A DNA stretch of 21,481 nt from Armatimonadota bacterium (GCA_043814095.1 JBDRKI010000047.1:1-21481), one strand, 5' to 3'; numbered from the stretch's first letter, positions 1 to 8,545 are shown. The notes: generated from the letters alone by a model not told the origin. Program-made: numbers and translations.

Positions 1-140
1 CCTCTGCGGATCATCCATGGAAGAGATTTCCAATAACCAAAAATACGGCTAAAGCCGGAGAGGATAGAAAGGTGGCCTAGATGTGAAAATGTGACATTTC
101 TAATTTGCTAAGAATAGGACATTTCTAAATTGCCTTGACA
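1..140 (+). mobile_element. Right end of an IS1202/ISNCY-family insertion sequence (5'-truncated by window)
   Basis: Frame-3 reading ends ..SADHPWKRF..* (TAG 78-80). It is followed by two 16-bp repeats 25 bp apart, GACATTTCTAATTTGC (93-108) and GACATTTCTAAATTGC (118-133), and ends in ...TTGACA at 140. This matches the TGT..ACA ends with repeated transposase-binding sites of this family. Confidence 0.8.
3..80 (+). CDS. C-terminal 25 aa of ISNCY/IS1202-family transposase (partial)
   Basis: Translation SADHPWKRFPITKNTAKAGEDRKVA*. The DHPW(K/R) motif is typical of the C-terminus of these transposases, and the ORF lies just inside the IS end repeat. Confidence 0.75.
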   Translation, partial: SADHPWKRFPITKNTAKAGEDRKVA

Positions 141-156
141 ATTTATTCACCGCCTA

Positions 157-185
157 TTGACCTTTACCGGCAATTAAATTATAAT
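157..185 (+). promoter_or_regulatory. sigma70-type promoter of tRNA-Ala
   Basis: TTGACC (157-162), 17-nt spacer, TATAAT (180-185), 23 nt upstream of the tRNA. Confidence 0.8.
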
Positions 186-208
186 TTGGGGGAATTTAGA
201 AAAAATAC

Positions 209-284
<76 letters not shown>

Positions 285-371
285 TAATCTATCATTCGCG
301 ATTTTTTGGATTTTTTTGACGGCGCTTCGCGCCGGGGCGGGCAAAAAATATAAATAATCCCACGGTTTTTT

Positions 372-740
372 TTATTTCTCCGTAAACTGCAAGATGATTC
401 CGTATAACTTATTAACAAATTGATATTCAAGGGCATTAATTAAACTTTCATGGGATCTGGCGCGAGTTCCCGCAAGTCCAAGCAAAGCTGTGGCAATATG
501 AAACATCGCGTAATATCCGGCTATAATAACCCAATCAAGCGCCTCATAATCATCTGGTACGGAAAGAATATTTTTGGCTTTAGCGTTTTTTGAAATATTA
601 TTTAATAAATTTGCGGTCATAAGATTATGCCGGGCTCTTTTTATATACTATGGGGAAAGAGCTGAAAAATTTTTGTCTTTATAAATATCACCGTCTTTTA
701 AATAGTCGTCTATTTTTAATTTCAATAGTTCTTTTTTCAT
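372..740 (-). pseudogene. HEPN-domain toxin, interrupted by in-frame TAG and apparently C-terminally truncated
   Basis: ATG at 740 overlaps the MNT stop (ATGA). It reads MKKELLKLKIDDYLKDGDIYKDKNFSALSP*YIKRARHNLMTANLL... with TAG at 650-648, in frame with the 372-620 ORF. HEPN-like GYYAMFHIATALL and SHESLI segments are present; there is no C-terminal R-x4-6-H/Y motif. Confidence 0.75.
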
Positions 741-1360
741 TTTAGCCCCCCAAAGGTTAATTCCCAGAATTTATTGGCCCCAAAATAAATAACTTTATTT
801 TTAAGAATCTGTTTGGCTACATTTTCTTCTCTTTCTTTCAGCATATTTATATACATTTTCGGTTCGGTTATTATCGAGTTAATATCCCGTCCGTAACTCA
901 TCCTTAATACATTGCATTCGTTTTCTATTATTTTATCATATTTATCTTTTGACAGAGATATAAAGAAAAGATCTATATCGCTTTTTGCTGTTGCTGCTCC
1001 GGTAACCGTTGAACCGAATAAAACAAGGGCAAATATGCCATAGTTTGATTTTTCGTTAACTCTAACGGCGAGTTCGTTAAGCGCTTGAGATAGTACGCCT
1101 TGCTTTTTTGTAAAGTATTCTTTTTCGTAAACGGAGAAAATAGAAAGCAATTCTATAGCCTTTTGGTTTTCAAAATTAAGAGAGCAAAGGGTTGCTTTGC
1201 CTTGGACGACAGCTTTTAAAACCTGTTCTTTTATTAAACTTTGCACGTAATTATATGTTGTTCCATAGGGTTTTGATAGTAGTTTGGAAATTTCATGTAT
1301 ACTGCAAACCTTAATAGGATCATTATAAAATACTTTTATTATTTCAATATATTGATTCAT
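737..1360 (-). CDS. MNT (minimal nucleotidyltransferase) antitoxin with N-terminal HTH
   Basis: LFGSTVTGAATAKSDIDL Pol-beta-type GS..DxD motif. N-terminal winged-HTH-like SIHEISKLLSKPYGTTYNYVQSLIKE. Start placed at ATG 1360 (GGAG RBS upstream) rather than GTG 1375. Confidence 0.85.
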   Translation of the reverse strand: MNQYIEIIKVFYNDPIKVCSIHEISKLLSKPYGTTYNYVQSLIKEQVLKAVVQGKATLCSLNFENQKAIELLSIFSVYEKEYFTKKQGVLSQALNELAVRVNEKSNYGIFALVLFGSTVTGAATAKSDIDLFFISLSKDKYDKIIENECNVLRMSYGRDINSIITEPKMYINMLKEREENVAKQILKNKVIYFGANKFWELTFGGLK

Positions 1361-1407
1361 AATCTCCAACCCCACATTATCAGATTTAAGATAATATTAT
1401 CATAAAA

Positions 1408-1436
1408 TTGACATCTTCAATAAAGTATTGTATAAA
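1408..1436 (+). promoter_or_regulatory. sigma70-type promoter of pan-coa operon
   Basis: TTGACA (1408-1413), 17 nt, TATAAA (1431-1436). Confidence 0.75.
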
Positions 1437-1456
1437 CTATATTAGATACAAAAACA

Positions 1457-1534
1457 CCGGCATCCAAAAGAGCCGGACGGATTATGAATAATAACTGATT
1501 TCATATATCAGCTTGGATCCCTAAAAGGACCGAG
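1457..1534 (+). ncRNA. pan-motif-like cis-regulatory RNA (two hairpins with bulged A)
   Basis: Hairpin 1 CCGGC-A-TC-CAAAA-GA-GCCGG (1457-1476) and hairpin 2 CTTGG-A-TCC-CTAAAA-GGA-CCGAG (1512-1534). Both have a bulged A and an A-rich loop and sit in the 5' UTR of pantothenate genes, as described for the pan RNA motif. Confidence 0.7.
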
Positions 1535-1563
1535 ACAGGAAAAATATGGAATATTACGATTAG

Positions 1564-1594
1564 AACCTTCCTGTTCCGGGAAGGTTTTTTGTTT
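1564..1594 (+). terminator. Intrinsic terminator (attenuator) in the pan leader
   Basis: AACCTTCCT-GTTCC-GGGAAGGTT stem running into a TTTTTTGTTT tract (1585-1594), upstream of the first CDS at 1620. Confidence 0.8.
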
Positions 1595-1619
1595 AGTAAA
1601 TACTCTATCAGGAGTTATT

Positions 1620-2438
1620 ATGAAAGATACAAATAAAAGCAAAAAAATAATAGTTATAGGAACAGGGGCGCTAGGGAAAGCTATCGCAAATAAGCTGAAA
1701 AAGACAGGCTTTAACCTTATAGGGATAGCAAGCAGAACGGCTAAAGCCGCGGACCGCCGCTCATACCCGCTCGGCAAGATGCCGGATGCGGATATATATA
1801 TCCTCGCGGTACCCGATAAGGCAATAAGCGGCACCGTAAAAAAAATAGATAAAAAAATTAGCCGTAAAACTATTTTAATTCATTTAAGCGGCACTTTTTC
1901 TTCAGACATCCTGAAAACAAAAAATAATAACCTCTGCGCGTCATGCCACCCTGTGGGCTCGTTTAAAAATCTTGAAAAATCCATTAAACTCCTGGAAAAA
2001 GCGCACTGGACTCTTGAAGGAGACAAAAAAGCAGTTGATTTTATGGCTTCTTTTATAAAAAAACTGAGCGGAAAATATTACATAATAGAAAAGAAAGATA
2101 AGCCCCTTTATCATGCGGCATGCACACTTGCTTCAAGCGGATTATTAAGCCTGATATATGCATCGCGGGATATGTTAAAAGAAGTAAAATTCGCGTCTAA
2201 GCCCGCGCTCAATGCCTGCCCCTCCGAGATTCTCTGGCCGCTGGTGCTGAGTTCTCTGGAAAACTTAAAGCAGTCGGGCTTCCCCGAAGGGCTTACAGGC
2301 CCCTTTGTCCGGAACGATACCGGTACTATAAAGCTTCATAAAACCGCATTAAAAACTCATAATAAGGAAATTTTAAATATTTATAAAACCTTATTCAAGT
2401 TTACAAAGAACAGGAGTAAAAAACATGAACGGAATTAA
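1620..2438 (+). CDS. panG: Rossmann-like/DUF2520 oxidoreductase, probable PanG-type ketopantoate reductase
   Basis: IGTGALG dinucleotide-binding motif, LAVPD, HLSG, HP, YHAA, LTGP..R.D motifs of the DUF2520 family. First gene of a pan operon that lacks panE. Confidence 0.8.
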   Translation: MKDTNKSKKIIVIGTGALGKAIANKLKKTGFNLIGIASRTAKAADRRSYPLGKMPDADIYILAVPDKAISGTVKKIDKKISRKTILIHLSGTFSSDILKTKNNNLCASCHPVGSFKNLEKSIKLLEKAHWTLEGDKKAVDFMASFIKKLSGKYYIIEKKDKPLYHAACTLASSGLLSLIYASRDMLKEVKFASKPALNACPSEILWPLVLSSLENLKQSGFPEGLTGPFVRNDTGTIKLHKTALKTHNKEILNIYKTLFKFTKNRSKKHERN

Positions 2439-3237
2439 TAAAATTTACGCCCCCTATATCACCGCGAAAAAGCTTACAGGACAGAAAATAACAATGCTTA
2501 CCGCTTATGATTACTCCGCGGCAAAGATACTGGATAATGCCGGTATTGACGCTATACTTGTGGGCGATTCACTGGGCATGGCTGTTTACGGAGACGAAAA
2601 CACGCTCTCTGTTTCCATGGAAGATATTATAAGGCATACAAAAGCGGTATCACGCGGGGCAAAAAGAAGCTTGATAGTTTCCGATATGCCTTTTATGAGC
2701 TACCAGGTTTCCCCCGAAGAAGCCGCTTACAACGCGGCCCGCCTTATAAAAGAAGGCGGGGCAGAGGCGGTAAAACTGGAAGGCGGGAGAGAATTCTCCC
2801 AGGCCGTAAGCAGGATTACAAAATGCCAGATACCCGTTATGGGCCATCTGGGACTTACTCCCCAGTCCGTATATAAGTTCGGCGGGTACAAAATGCAGGG
2901 AAAAAGCAAAGACGACGCAGACAGGATAACCGAAGACGCGCTTCTTCTTGAAACTTTAGGCGTATTCGCTATTGTTCTTGAGTGCATACCGGCCGAACTG
3001 GCAAGAAAGATAACGGAAAAATTAACCATCCCCGCGATAGGAATAGGATCGGGGCCTTACTGCGACGGGCAGGTTCAGGTTATAAACGATATCCTTGGAT
3101 TAACGGAGAATCTACCGCGCCACGGGAAAAGATACCTTGACCTTAATTATGAAATAACCAAAGCGGTTAATGATTATAAAAATGATGTATTGAGTGACCG
3201 GCTGTTTAAAAAAGAAGGTGTAAGTGTTAATAGTTAA
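2425..3237 (+). CDS. panB: 3-methyl-2-oxobutanoate hydroxymethyltransferase
   Basis: MLTAYD, LVGDSLGM, KLEGG, GHLGLTPQ, IGIGSG..CDGQV motifs. Confidence 0.97.
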   Translation: MNGINKIYAPYITAKKLTGQKITMLTAYDYSAAKILDNAGIDAILVGDSLGMAVYGDENTLSVSMEDIIRHTKAVSRGAKRSLIVSDMPFMSYQVSPEEAAYNAARLIKEGGAEAVKLEGGREFSQAVSRITKCQIPVMGHLGLTPQSVYKFGGYKMQGKSKDDADRITEDALLLETLGVFAIVLECIPAELARKITEKLTIPAIGIGSGPYCDGQVQVINDILGLTENLPRHGKRYLDLNYEITKAVNDYKNDVLSDRLFKKEGVSVNS

Positions 3238-4091
3238 AACAACCTCAAAATTAAAAAAAGAAATAAGGAAAATTAAAAGGCGCGGGGAATCAATCGGCTT
3301 TGTGCCTACAATGGGATACCTGCATAAAGCACACCTATCCCTTGTGCGAAAATCCAAAAAAGAGAATGATAAAACAGTTATATCTATTTTCGTAAACCCG
3401 CTTCAGTTCGCGCCGGGTGAAGACTTTGAAAAATATCCCAGAGACGGAAAAAAAGATATAACACTCTTGCAAAAAGAAAATGTAGACCTTCTTTTTGCTC
3501 CCGATGCGAAAGAATTATACCCTGAAGATTTTAAAACAACGGTTTCTGTTAAAGACATCCGGGACTCCCTGTGCGGGGCCTCGCGGAACGGCCATTTTGA
3601 CGGGGTATGCACGGTTGTTAATAAACTATTTAACCTTGTTGAACCGGATAATGCCTATTTCGGACTGAAAGACGCACAGCAATTAATAATAATCAAAAAA
3701 ATGGTTAAAGACCTTAATATGAACGTGAGAATAAAAGAACTTCCGACCATAAGAGAAAAGGATGGACTGGCGCTTTCTTCAAGAAATACATGCCTTACAA
3801 AAGAAGAAAGATCCATTGCTCCCGTATTATATAAAAGCCTTAAAAAGGCAAGGAAAATGACAAAAAAAAACAAAAGATCCTGAAAAGATAATAAATGCCG
3901 TAAAGAAACAGATAGTTAATGAAACGGAAAACAAAGCTGTTATTGATTATGTAGACATAAGAGATTTTAAGACTCTTGAGAAAACAAACCGTATAAACGG
4001 AGACATACTGATAGCTCTTGCCGTTAAAATCGGAAAAACAAGACTAATAGATAACATCCCGGTTAAAAAAACGGAGGTTTCCAATGCATAG
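3224..4091 (+). pseudogene. panC: Pantoate--beta-alanine ligase, frameshifted (+1) at A9 run 3862-3870
   Basis: Frame 0 (3224-3883) has VPTMGYLH, SIFVNPLQF, R.GHF.GV, FG.KD.QQ and REKDGLALSSRN. The +1 frame (3870-4091) supplies the missing C-terminus ...IDYVDIRD...[16 protein letters not shown]. Removing one A gives a 288-aa protein. Could be a sequencing error. Confidence 0.93.
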
Positions 4092-4458
4092 AACCATGTG
4101 TAAAAGCAAAATACACAGGGCAGTTGTTACCGATGCAAACCTTAATTATATAGGAAGCATTACAATAGACCGTGCCCTTATGCAGAAAGCCGATATTACG
4201 GAATACGAACATGTCCATGTGTTAAATTTAGACAACGGCTCAAGGATTGAGACTTACGCGATAGAAGGCGAAGAGAATTCCGGCACAATATGCCTTAACG
4301 GGGCGGCGGCTCATTATTTTAAAAGAGGCGATAAAATCATAATCATTTCATACTCATCATATAATGAAGAAGAATTAAAAGCATTTAAGCCTAAAATTGT
4401 TTTTGTTGATGAGAATAACCGCGCGGCGGATAAAAAAGAGGTTCTTGAATTATGTTAA
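4084..4458 (+). CDS. panD: Aspartate 1-decarboxylase
   Basis: KSKIHRA, Y.G-SITID autocleavage site, ETY, CLNGAAA. Confidence 0.97.
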   Translation: MHRTMCKSKIHRAVVTDANLNYIGSITIDRALMQKADITEYEHVHVLNLDNGSRIETYAIEGEENSGTICLNGAAAHYFKRGDKIIIISYSSYNEEELKAFKPKIVFVDENNRAADKKEVLELC

Positions 4459-5654
4459 AAGGAAAAAAAATACTTTTAGGCGTAACCGGCGGGATTGCCG
4501 CATATAAATCCGCATATCTTGTAAGTAGCCTTATAAAACAGGGTAATGAAGTTAAAGTTGTTATGACGGACTCAGCGCAAAAATTCGTAGCGCCTTTAAC
4601 TTTCAGCACATTATCACGCGGTAAAGTTTATACAGATATGTTCCGCAAAGAAAATGAATATGATATAGAACATATCAATCTCGGCAAGTGGGCTGATTTT
4701 ATCTTAATAGCTCCGGCGACATATAATACAATAGGGAAAATCTCTTCAGGTATTGCCGATGACCTTTTATCATCAATAGTTGCCGCCTATACAGGAAAAA
4801 TATTTTTATGCCCCGCAATGAATGACGGTATGTATAATAACCCTGTTTTAAAAGAAAATATTGAAAAACTTGAAAAACTGGGTTATGTGTTTATGGGTCC
4901 GGAGACGGGAAGACTCGCCTGCGGGGATGACGCGGAAGGAAGAATGACAGAGCCGGAAGATATAATAAGCTTTCTTGATAAGCTTTATTCCGGGAGAATG
5001 ACAGAGCTTAAGCTTAAAGGCAAAAAAATCCTTATCACGGCAGGTCCCACAAGAGAAGCCATAGATCCGGTAAGATTTATATCCAATTATTCATCGGGAA
5101 AGATGGGTTATGCCCTGGCAGAGGCATCAGAAGAGGCGGGCGCGCAAGTCACCCTTATATCCGGACCTACATCCTTAAAAACACCTAAAAACACAAGATT
5201 AATAAATGTTGAAAGCGCTGACCAGATGTTAAAATCCGTCAACAAATATTTCCCCGGCACAGATATATTTATAAGCTGTGCCGCTGTATGCGACTACAAA
5301 CCGGAAAAAAAACAATCTCAAAAAATTAAAAAGAACAGGGACTGCATCACACTGGATTTAACAAAAAATACTGATATTTTAAAAGAGGCCTCCAAAAAGA
5401 AAAACGGCGCGTTAATTGCGGGCTTCGCGGCAGAGAGCGAAAACATTATAAAAAATGCCAAACAAAAATTAAAAGAAAAAAATCTAGACATTATAATCGC
5501 GAATGATATCTCCCGGAAGAATTCCGGATTTGAAAGTGATTTTAATAAAATTACCGTAATAACCAAAAACGGGAAGGTGAAAAAGTTCAATAAGATGCTA
5601 AAAAAAGACTGCGCGAAAATAATTATGGAGGAGATTTATGCTTTTAGTAATTGA
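4452..5654 (+). CDS. coaBC: Bifunctional phosphopantothenoylcysteine decarboxylase/phosphopantothenate--cysteine ligase
   Basis: [52 protein letters not shown]. Confidence 0.97.
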   Translation: MLKGKKILLGVTGGIAAYKSAYLVSSLIKQGNEVKVVMTDSAQKFVAPLTFSTLSRGKVYTDMFRKENEYDIEHINLGKWADFILIAPATYNTIGKISSGIADDLLSSIVAAYTGKIFLCPAMNDGMYNNPVLKENIEKLEKLGYVFMGPETGRLACGDDAEGRMTEPEDIISFLDKLYSGRMTELKLKGKKILITAGPTREAIDPVRFISNYSSGKMGYALAEASEEAGAQVTLISGPTSLKTPKNTRLINVESADQMLKSVNKYFPGTDIFISCAAVCDYKPEKKQSQKIKKNRDCITLDLTKNTDILKEASKKKNGALIAGFAAESENIIKNAKQKLKEKNLDIIIANDISRKNSGFESDFNKITVITKNGKVKKFNKMLKKDCAKIIMEEIYAFSN

Positions 5655-6423
5655 TATAGGGAACACAAACATAGTCCTTGGAATATTTGAAGGCGATACA
5701 TTAAAGCACACATGGAGAATACACAGCAAAGAAAACATGACAGAAGATGAGTACTATGTCCTCATAGACGGACTGTTTAAAGAAAAAAATATCTCAAAAC
5801 AGAATATAAAAGATATCGTTATGGCATCTGTTGTGCCTCCTCTTGAATATGTATTTAAAAAACTGGCACAGAAATATTTTAACATCCAGCCACTTATGCT
5901 CGGGGCGGGAGTAAAAACAGGGATAGACATAAAAACCGATAACCCCAGGGAAGTAGGAGCGGACCTTATAGCGGGCGCGGCGGCGGCGCATAATAAATAC
6001 AAGAAAGCGGCAATAATCATAGATTTCGGGACAGCAACAACCCTTACGGCCATCTCATCAAAGGGAGAATTTTTAGGAACATCTTTCGCGCCAGGGGTAC
6101 TGATATCGCTTGAAGCGCTCTATAGAAGAGCATCCAAACTGCCAAAAGTAGAGCTTACTCCCCCGAAAAGAGCCGTCGGGAAAAACACAACCGAGAGCAT
6201 GTTAAGCGGCATCTTTTACGGAACAATCGGTCAGATCGAAAACATAGTAAAAAACATGAAAAAAGAATTAAACGACAGAGAAACTATTGTCATAGGAACA
6301 GGCGGGGTAATAAAACTTTTTGAGGGCAAGATGGATTTTATTGACCATATAGAACACGAACTTGTTCTTGAAGGATTAAACCTCATTTACCGTAAAAACA
6401 CAATTCTTATTTCTGCCCGGTAA
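5638..6423 (+). CDS. coaX: Type III pantothenate kinase
   Basis: DIGNTN, SVVP, EVGAD, DFGTATT, GTGG, LVLEGL. Confidence 0.95.
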   Translation: MLLVIDIGNTNIVLGIFEGDTLKHTWRIHSKENMTEDEYYVLIDGLFKEKNISKQNIKDIVMASVVPPLEYVFKKLAQKYFNIQPLMLGAGVKTGIDIKTDNPREVGADLIAGAAAAHNKYKKAAIIIDFGTATTLTAISSKGEFLGTSFAPGVLISLEALYRRASKLPKVELTPPKRAVGKNTTESMLSGIFYGTIGQIENIVKNMKKELNDRETIVIGTGGVIKLFEGKMDFIDHIEHELVLEGLNLIYRKNTILISAR

Positions 6424-8545
6424 TATTCTTTGAAAAATCAGAAAGCTCGCCGTCTACTTTGAAATTATATGTTCCCTCTTCTATTTTATCTGATTTGATA
6501 AGTTTAAGGGTTTTGATTTTCTGGCTTTTAATTTTATGCTCTAATTCGGGCAATATTTCTTTAGTCTCTATATTAACAAGGACGCCTTCTTTGGCTTTAT
6601 TTATAAGGACTTCCAGCATCGGAAAATCTTCATCGCCTGTTAATTCATAAACTTTGAAATCTATCTGTTTTTTTGCGTGGTCAACTGACGCGATTTTCCA
6701 CTTCAAGCCGAAATTCCGGTTGGATTTTTCAATTATTTGAATCTCGCGGTTTTCCATGCCGAAAGACGTGCTTTTAGCCAGCTCATCAAAAGGAACCACG
6801 CTTATATAAACCGATTCGGAATCTGTAATAAGAATATTATTTCTGGTATCCAGCCCGCTTATAAGTTCTACATATATTCCAGCGTGTTTTAGGAAATCCG
6901 CCGTTTTTAAATTTTCTTTTACGTCTTTAAGTATTACTTTTACCGCTATGCCTTCTTTTGCTTTTGCGGTTAATGCCTTTAAAATATCCTTGTCGTTTAA
7001 ATAAACGGCTTCAACATAAACAGAGGCCCCTGCTTCATTAATAAGCTTAAGCAGGTCTTTTTTATATTCCGCGTTCTGCCCCGTAAAAAGCGCGTCTTTT
7101 GCCTGAGCTAAATATTCATAGATAAAATCTTTATCCAGTTTCTGGTCAAGTTCCGCGACAGCTCCTTCATCACAGCTTACAACCGCTTCAAACGAACCCT
7201 TTATTTCTTTATCAAGCCCGCAGGGTAGAATCACTGAAATTTTCCCGTCAAAAACCGCCATTGTATTGTCTGCATCAGAACCCGGCGAACACACAACGGA
7301 TTCCGTAAGCTCGGGCGGCCCGTCATAATACGCCGCGGAATCCGGCGGCAGAATGATTTTTACATCCACTCCCCTTTTCTTTGCATTAACAAGACTTTCC
7401 AGTATTTTACCGTCTTCAAGAGCGGATGAAGATATCGTAACCGAAGTCGCGGAATGATTGATAAGCTGGGCCAGAGATTTTTTTACGCCTTCATCATCCA
7501 TAAGATATGTACGGCCGGCCGTTTGAGAGTATACTTCATACTCGTCAAACACTTTCTCAACAGCGCCATCCGGATCAAAAAATACAAGCCCCATCTCCCT
7601 GTTCATTGTAAGTCCGTGAGTGGTGAAATTCTGCGAACCCACAAAACTTAAATTATTGTCCGGATCATAATCTTCTGCGTCCACGGCTACGGCTTTCGCG
7701 TGCAGCCAGGGAGTTTTTAACGCCTTTACTTTTATGCCGTTATTTTTCAAGACCATCACGGTCGCCTGATTTCCCTGCGCCTTATGGGGATCCGCCAGAA
7801 TAACAAAAACATCCACGCCTTCTTTCTTTTTCTTTATGAGAGCTTCTATAACATACTCATCTTCAAACCCCTGTATTAAAATATGCACTGATTTTTTCGC
7901 GCTTCCTATTAAGCCGACTATCCTGTCTCTCGCATAAAAAGACTGTTCATCGGTAATGCTGGTAAAGGGGCTCATGGTAAGCCCCGTGTCTACATAAAAC
8001 TGGGTAGCAAGTTTTCTGTCCCAGTCTGTCATAAAAGAAGCCGCCATCTGGCCTGTAATGGCGGGGTTATTAACAACTACAACTCCCATATCCAGATTCT
8101 TTCCGGTAAAGCTGGATTTGCTTAAGTTTCCGGTTAATATAATGCCCGCATTATCTACAAGCAGGCTTTTTTCGTGAGTTGTCTTATTTCTGCCGAAATA
8201 AGGGTTGGTTGTTCTATAATTAATGCCTGCATCCCTTAATTTTCTTCTCACTGCATAAGAAGGATTAAAATGATCTTCTGTCCAGTAAAAGGGATCCGGC
8301 TCAATCATTACTTTGACATCAACACCGCGGTCCCTGGCTTTTATAAGTTCATCGGTTATCCTGCCGTCAACATCTGTGAATATATATACTTTTATATAGA
8401 TTCTGGTTTTGGCTGATTTTATCCAGTTTAAAATATAATCAAGAGATCCGTCCATAATAAAAACACCGGGCACAGAAGCAGCAGATTTTGCACCTCTGGC
8501 ATCCGGCAATTTAATCTTAGGAATACCAGCAGATATATTATTCAT
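6407..8545 (-). CDS. Phospholipase D-family protein with five PLD-like repeats (two with HKD)
   Basis: HEKSLLVD...GNLS and HAKAVAVD...GSQNFT..NREMG. The A(K)-x-(S/R)-(V/I)...A/K-x-x-(R/E)GV-x-V pattern recurs five times. The 3' end overlaps coaX by 17 nt. Confidence 0.85.
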   Translation of the reverse strand: MNNISAGIPKIKLPDARGAKSAASVPGVFIMDGSLDYILNWIKSAKTRIYIKVYIFTDVDGRITDELIKARDRGVDVKVMIEPDPFYWTEDHFNPSYAVRRKLRDAGINYRTTNPYFGRNKTTHEKSLLVDNAGIILTGNLSKSSFTGKNLDMGVVVVNNPAITGQMAASFMTDWDRKLATQFYVDTGLTMSPFTSITDEQSFYARDRIVGLIGSAKKSVHILIQGFEDEYVIEALIKKKKEGVDVFVILADPHKAQGNQATVMVLKNNGIKVKALKTPWLHAKAVAVDAEDYDPDNNLSFVGSQNFTTHGLTMNREMGLVFFDPDGAVEKVFDEYEVYSQTAGRTYLMDDEGVKKSLAQLINHSATSVTISSSALEDGKILESLVNAKKRGVDVKIILPPDSAAYYDGPPELTESVVCSPGSDADNTMAVFDGKISVILPCGLDKEIKGSFEAVVSCDEGAVAELDQKLDKDFIYEYLAQAKDALFTGQNAEYKKDLLKLINEAGASVYVEAVYLNDKDILKALTAKAKEGIAVKVILKDVKENLKTADFLKHAGIYVELISGLDTRNNILITDSESVYISVVPFDELAKSTSFGMENREIQIIEKSNRNFGLKWKIASVDHAKKQIDFKVYELTGDEDFPMLEVLINKAKEGVLVNIETKEILPELEHKIKSQKIKTLKLIKSDKIEEGTYNFKVDGELSDFSKNITGQK

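Noticed and set aside
93-133. CRISPR-like or iteron repeats
   Set aside because: Only two 16-bp copies with a 9-bp gap; explained as transposase-binding sites in the IS end.
135-163. Hybrid promoter from the IS-terminal TTGACA
   Set aside because: No credible -10 hexamer at 16-18 nt spacing; the native TTGACC/TATAAT promoter explains tRNA expression.
312-348. GC hairpin CGGCGC-TTC-GCGCCG after the tRNA as an intrinsic terminator
   Set aside because: The hairpin is real, but T-runs precede rather than follow it on both strands, so a terminator call is not supported.
648-650. Amber recoding (pyrrolysine or TAG reassignment) to explain the TAG in HEPN
   Set aside because: TAG terminates lat, reconstructed panC and the transposase at expected positions, no other gene has an internal TAG, and the HEPN is also truncated.
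285-1400. Integrated element at the tRNA 3' end
   Set aside because: No integrase and no duplicated tRNA 3' end (att site) found in the window.
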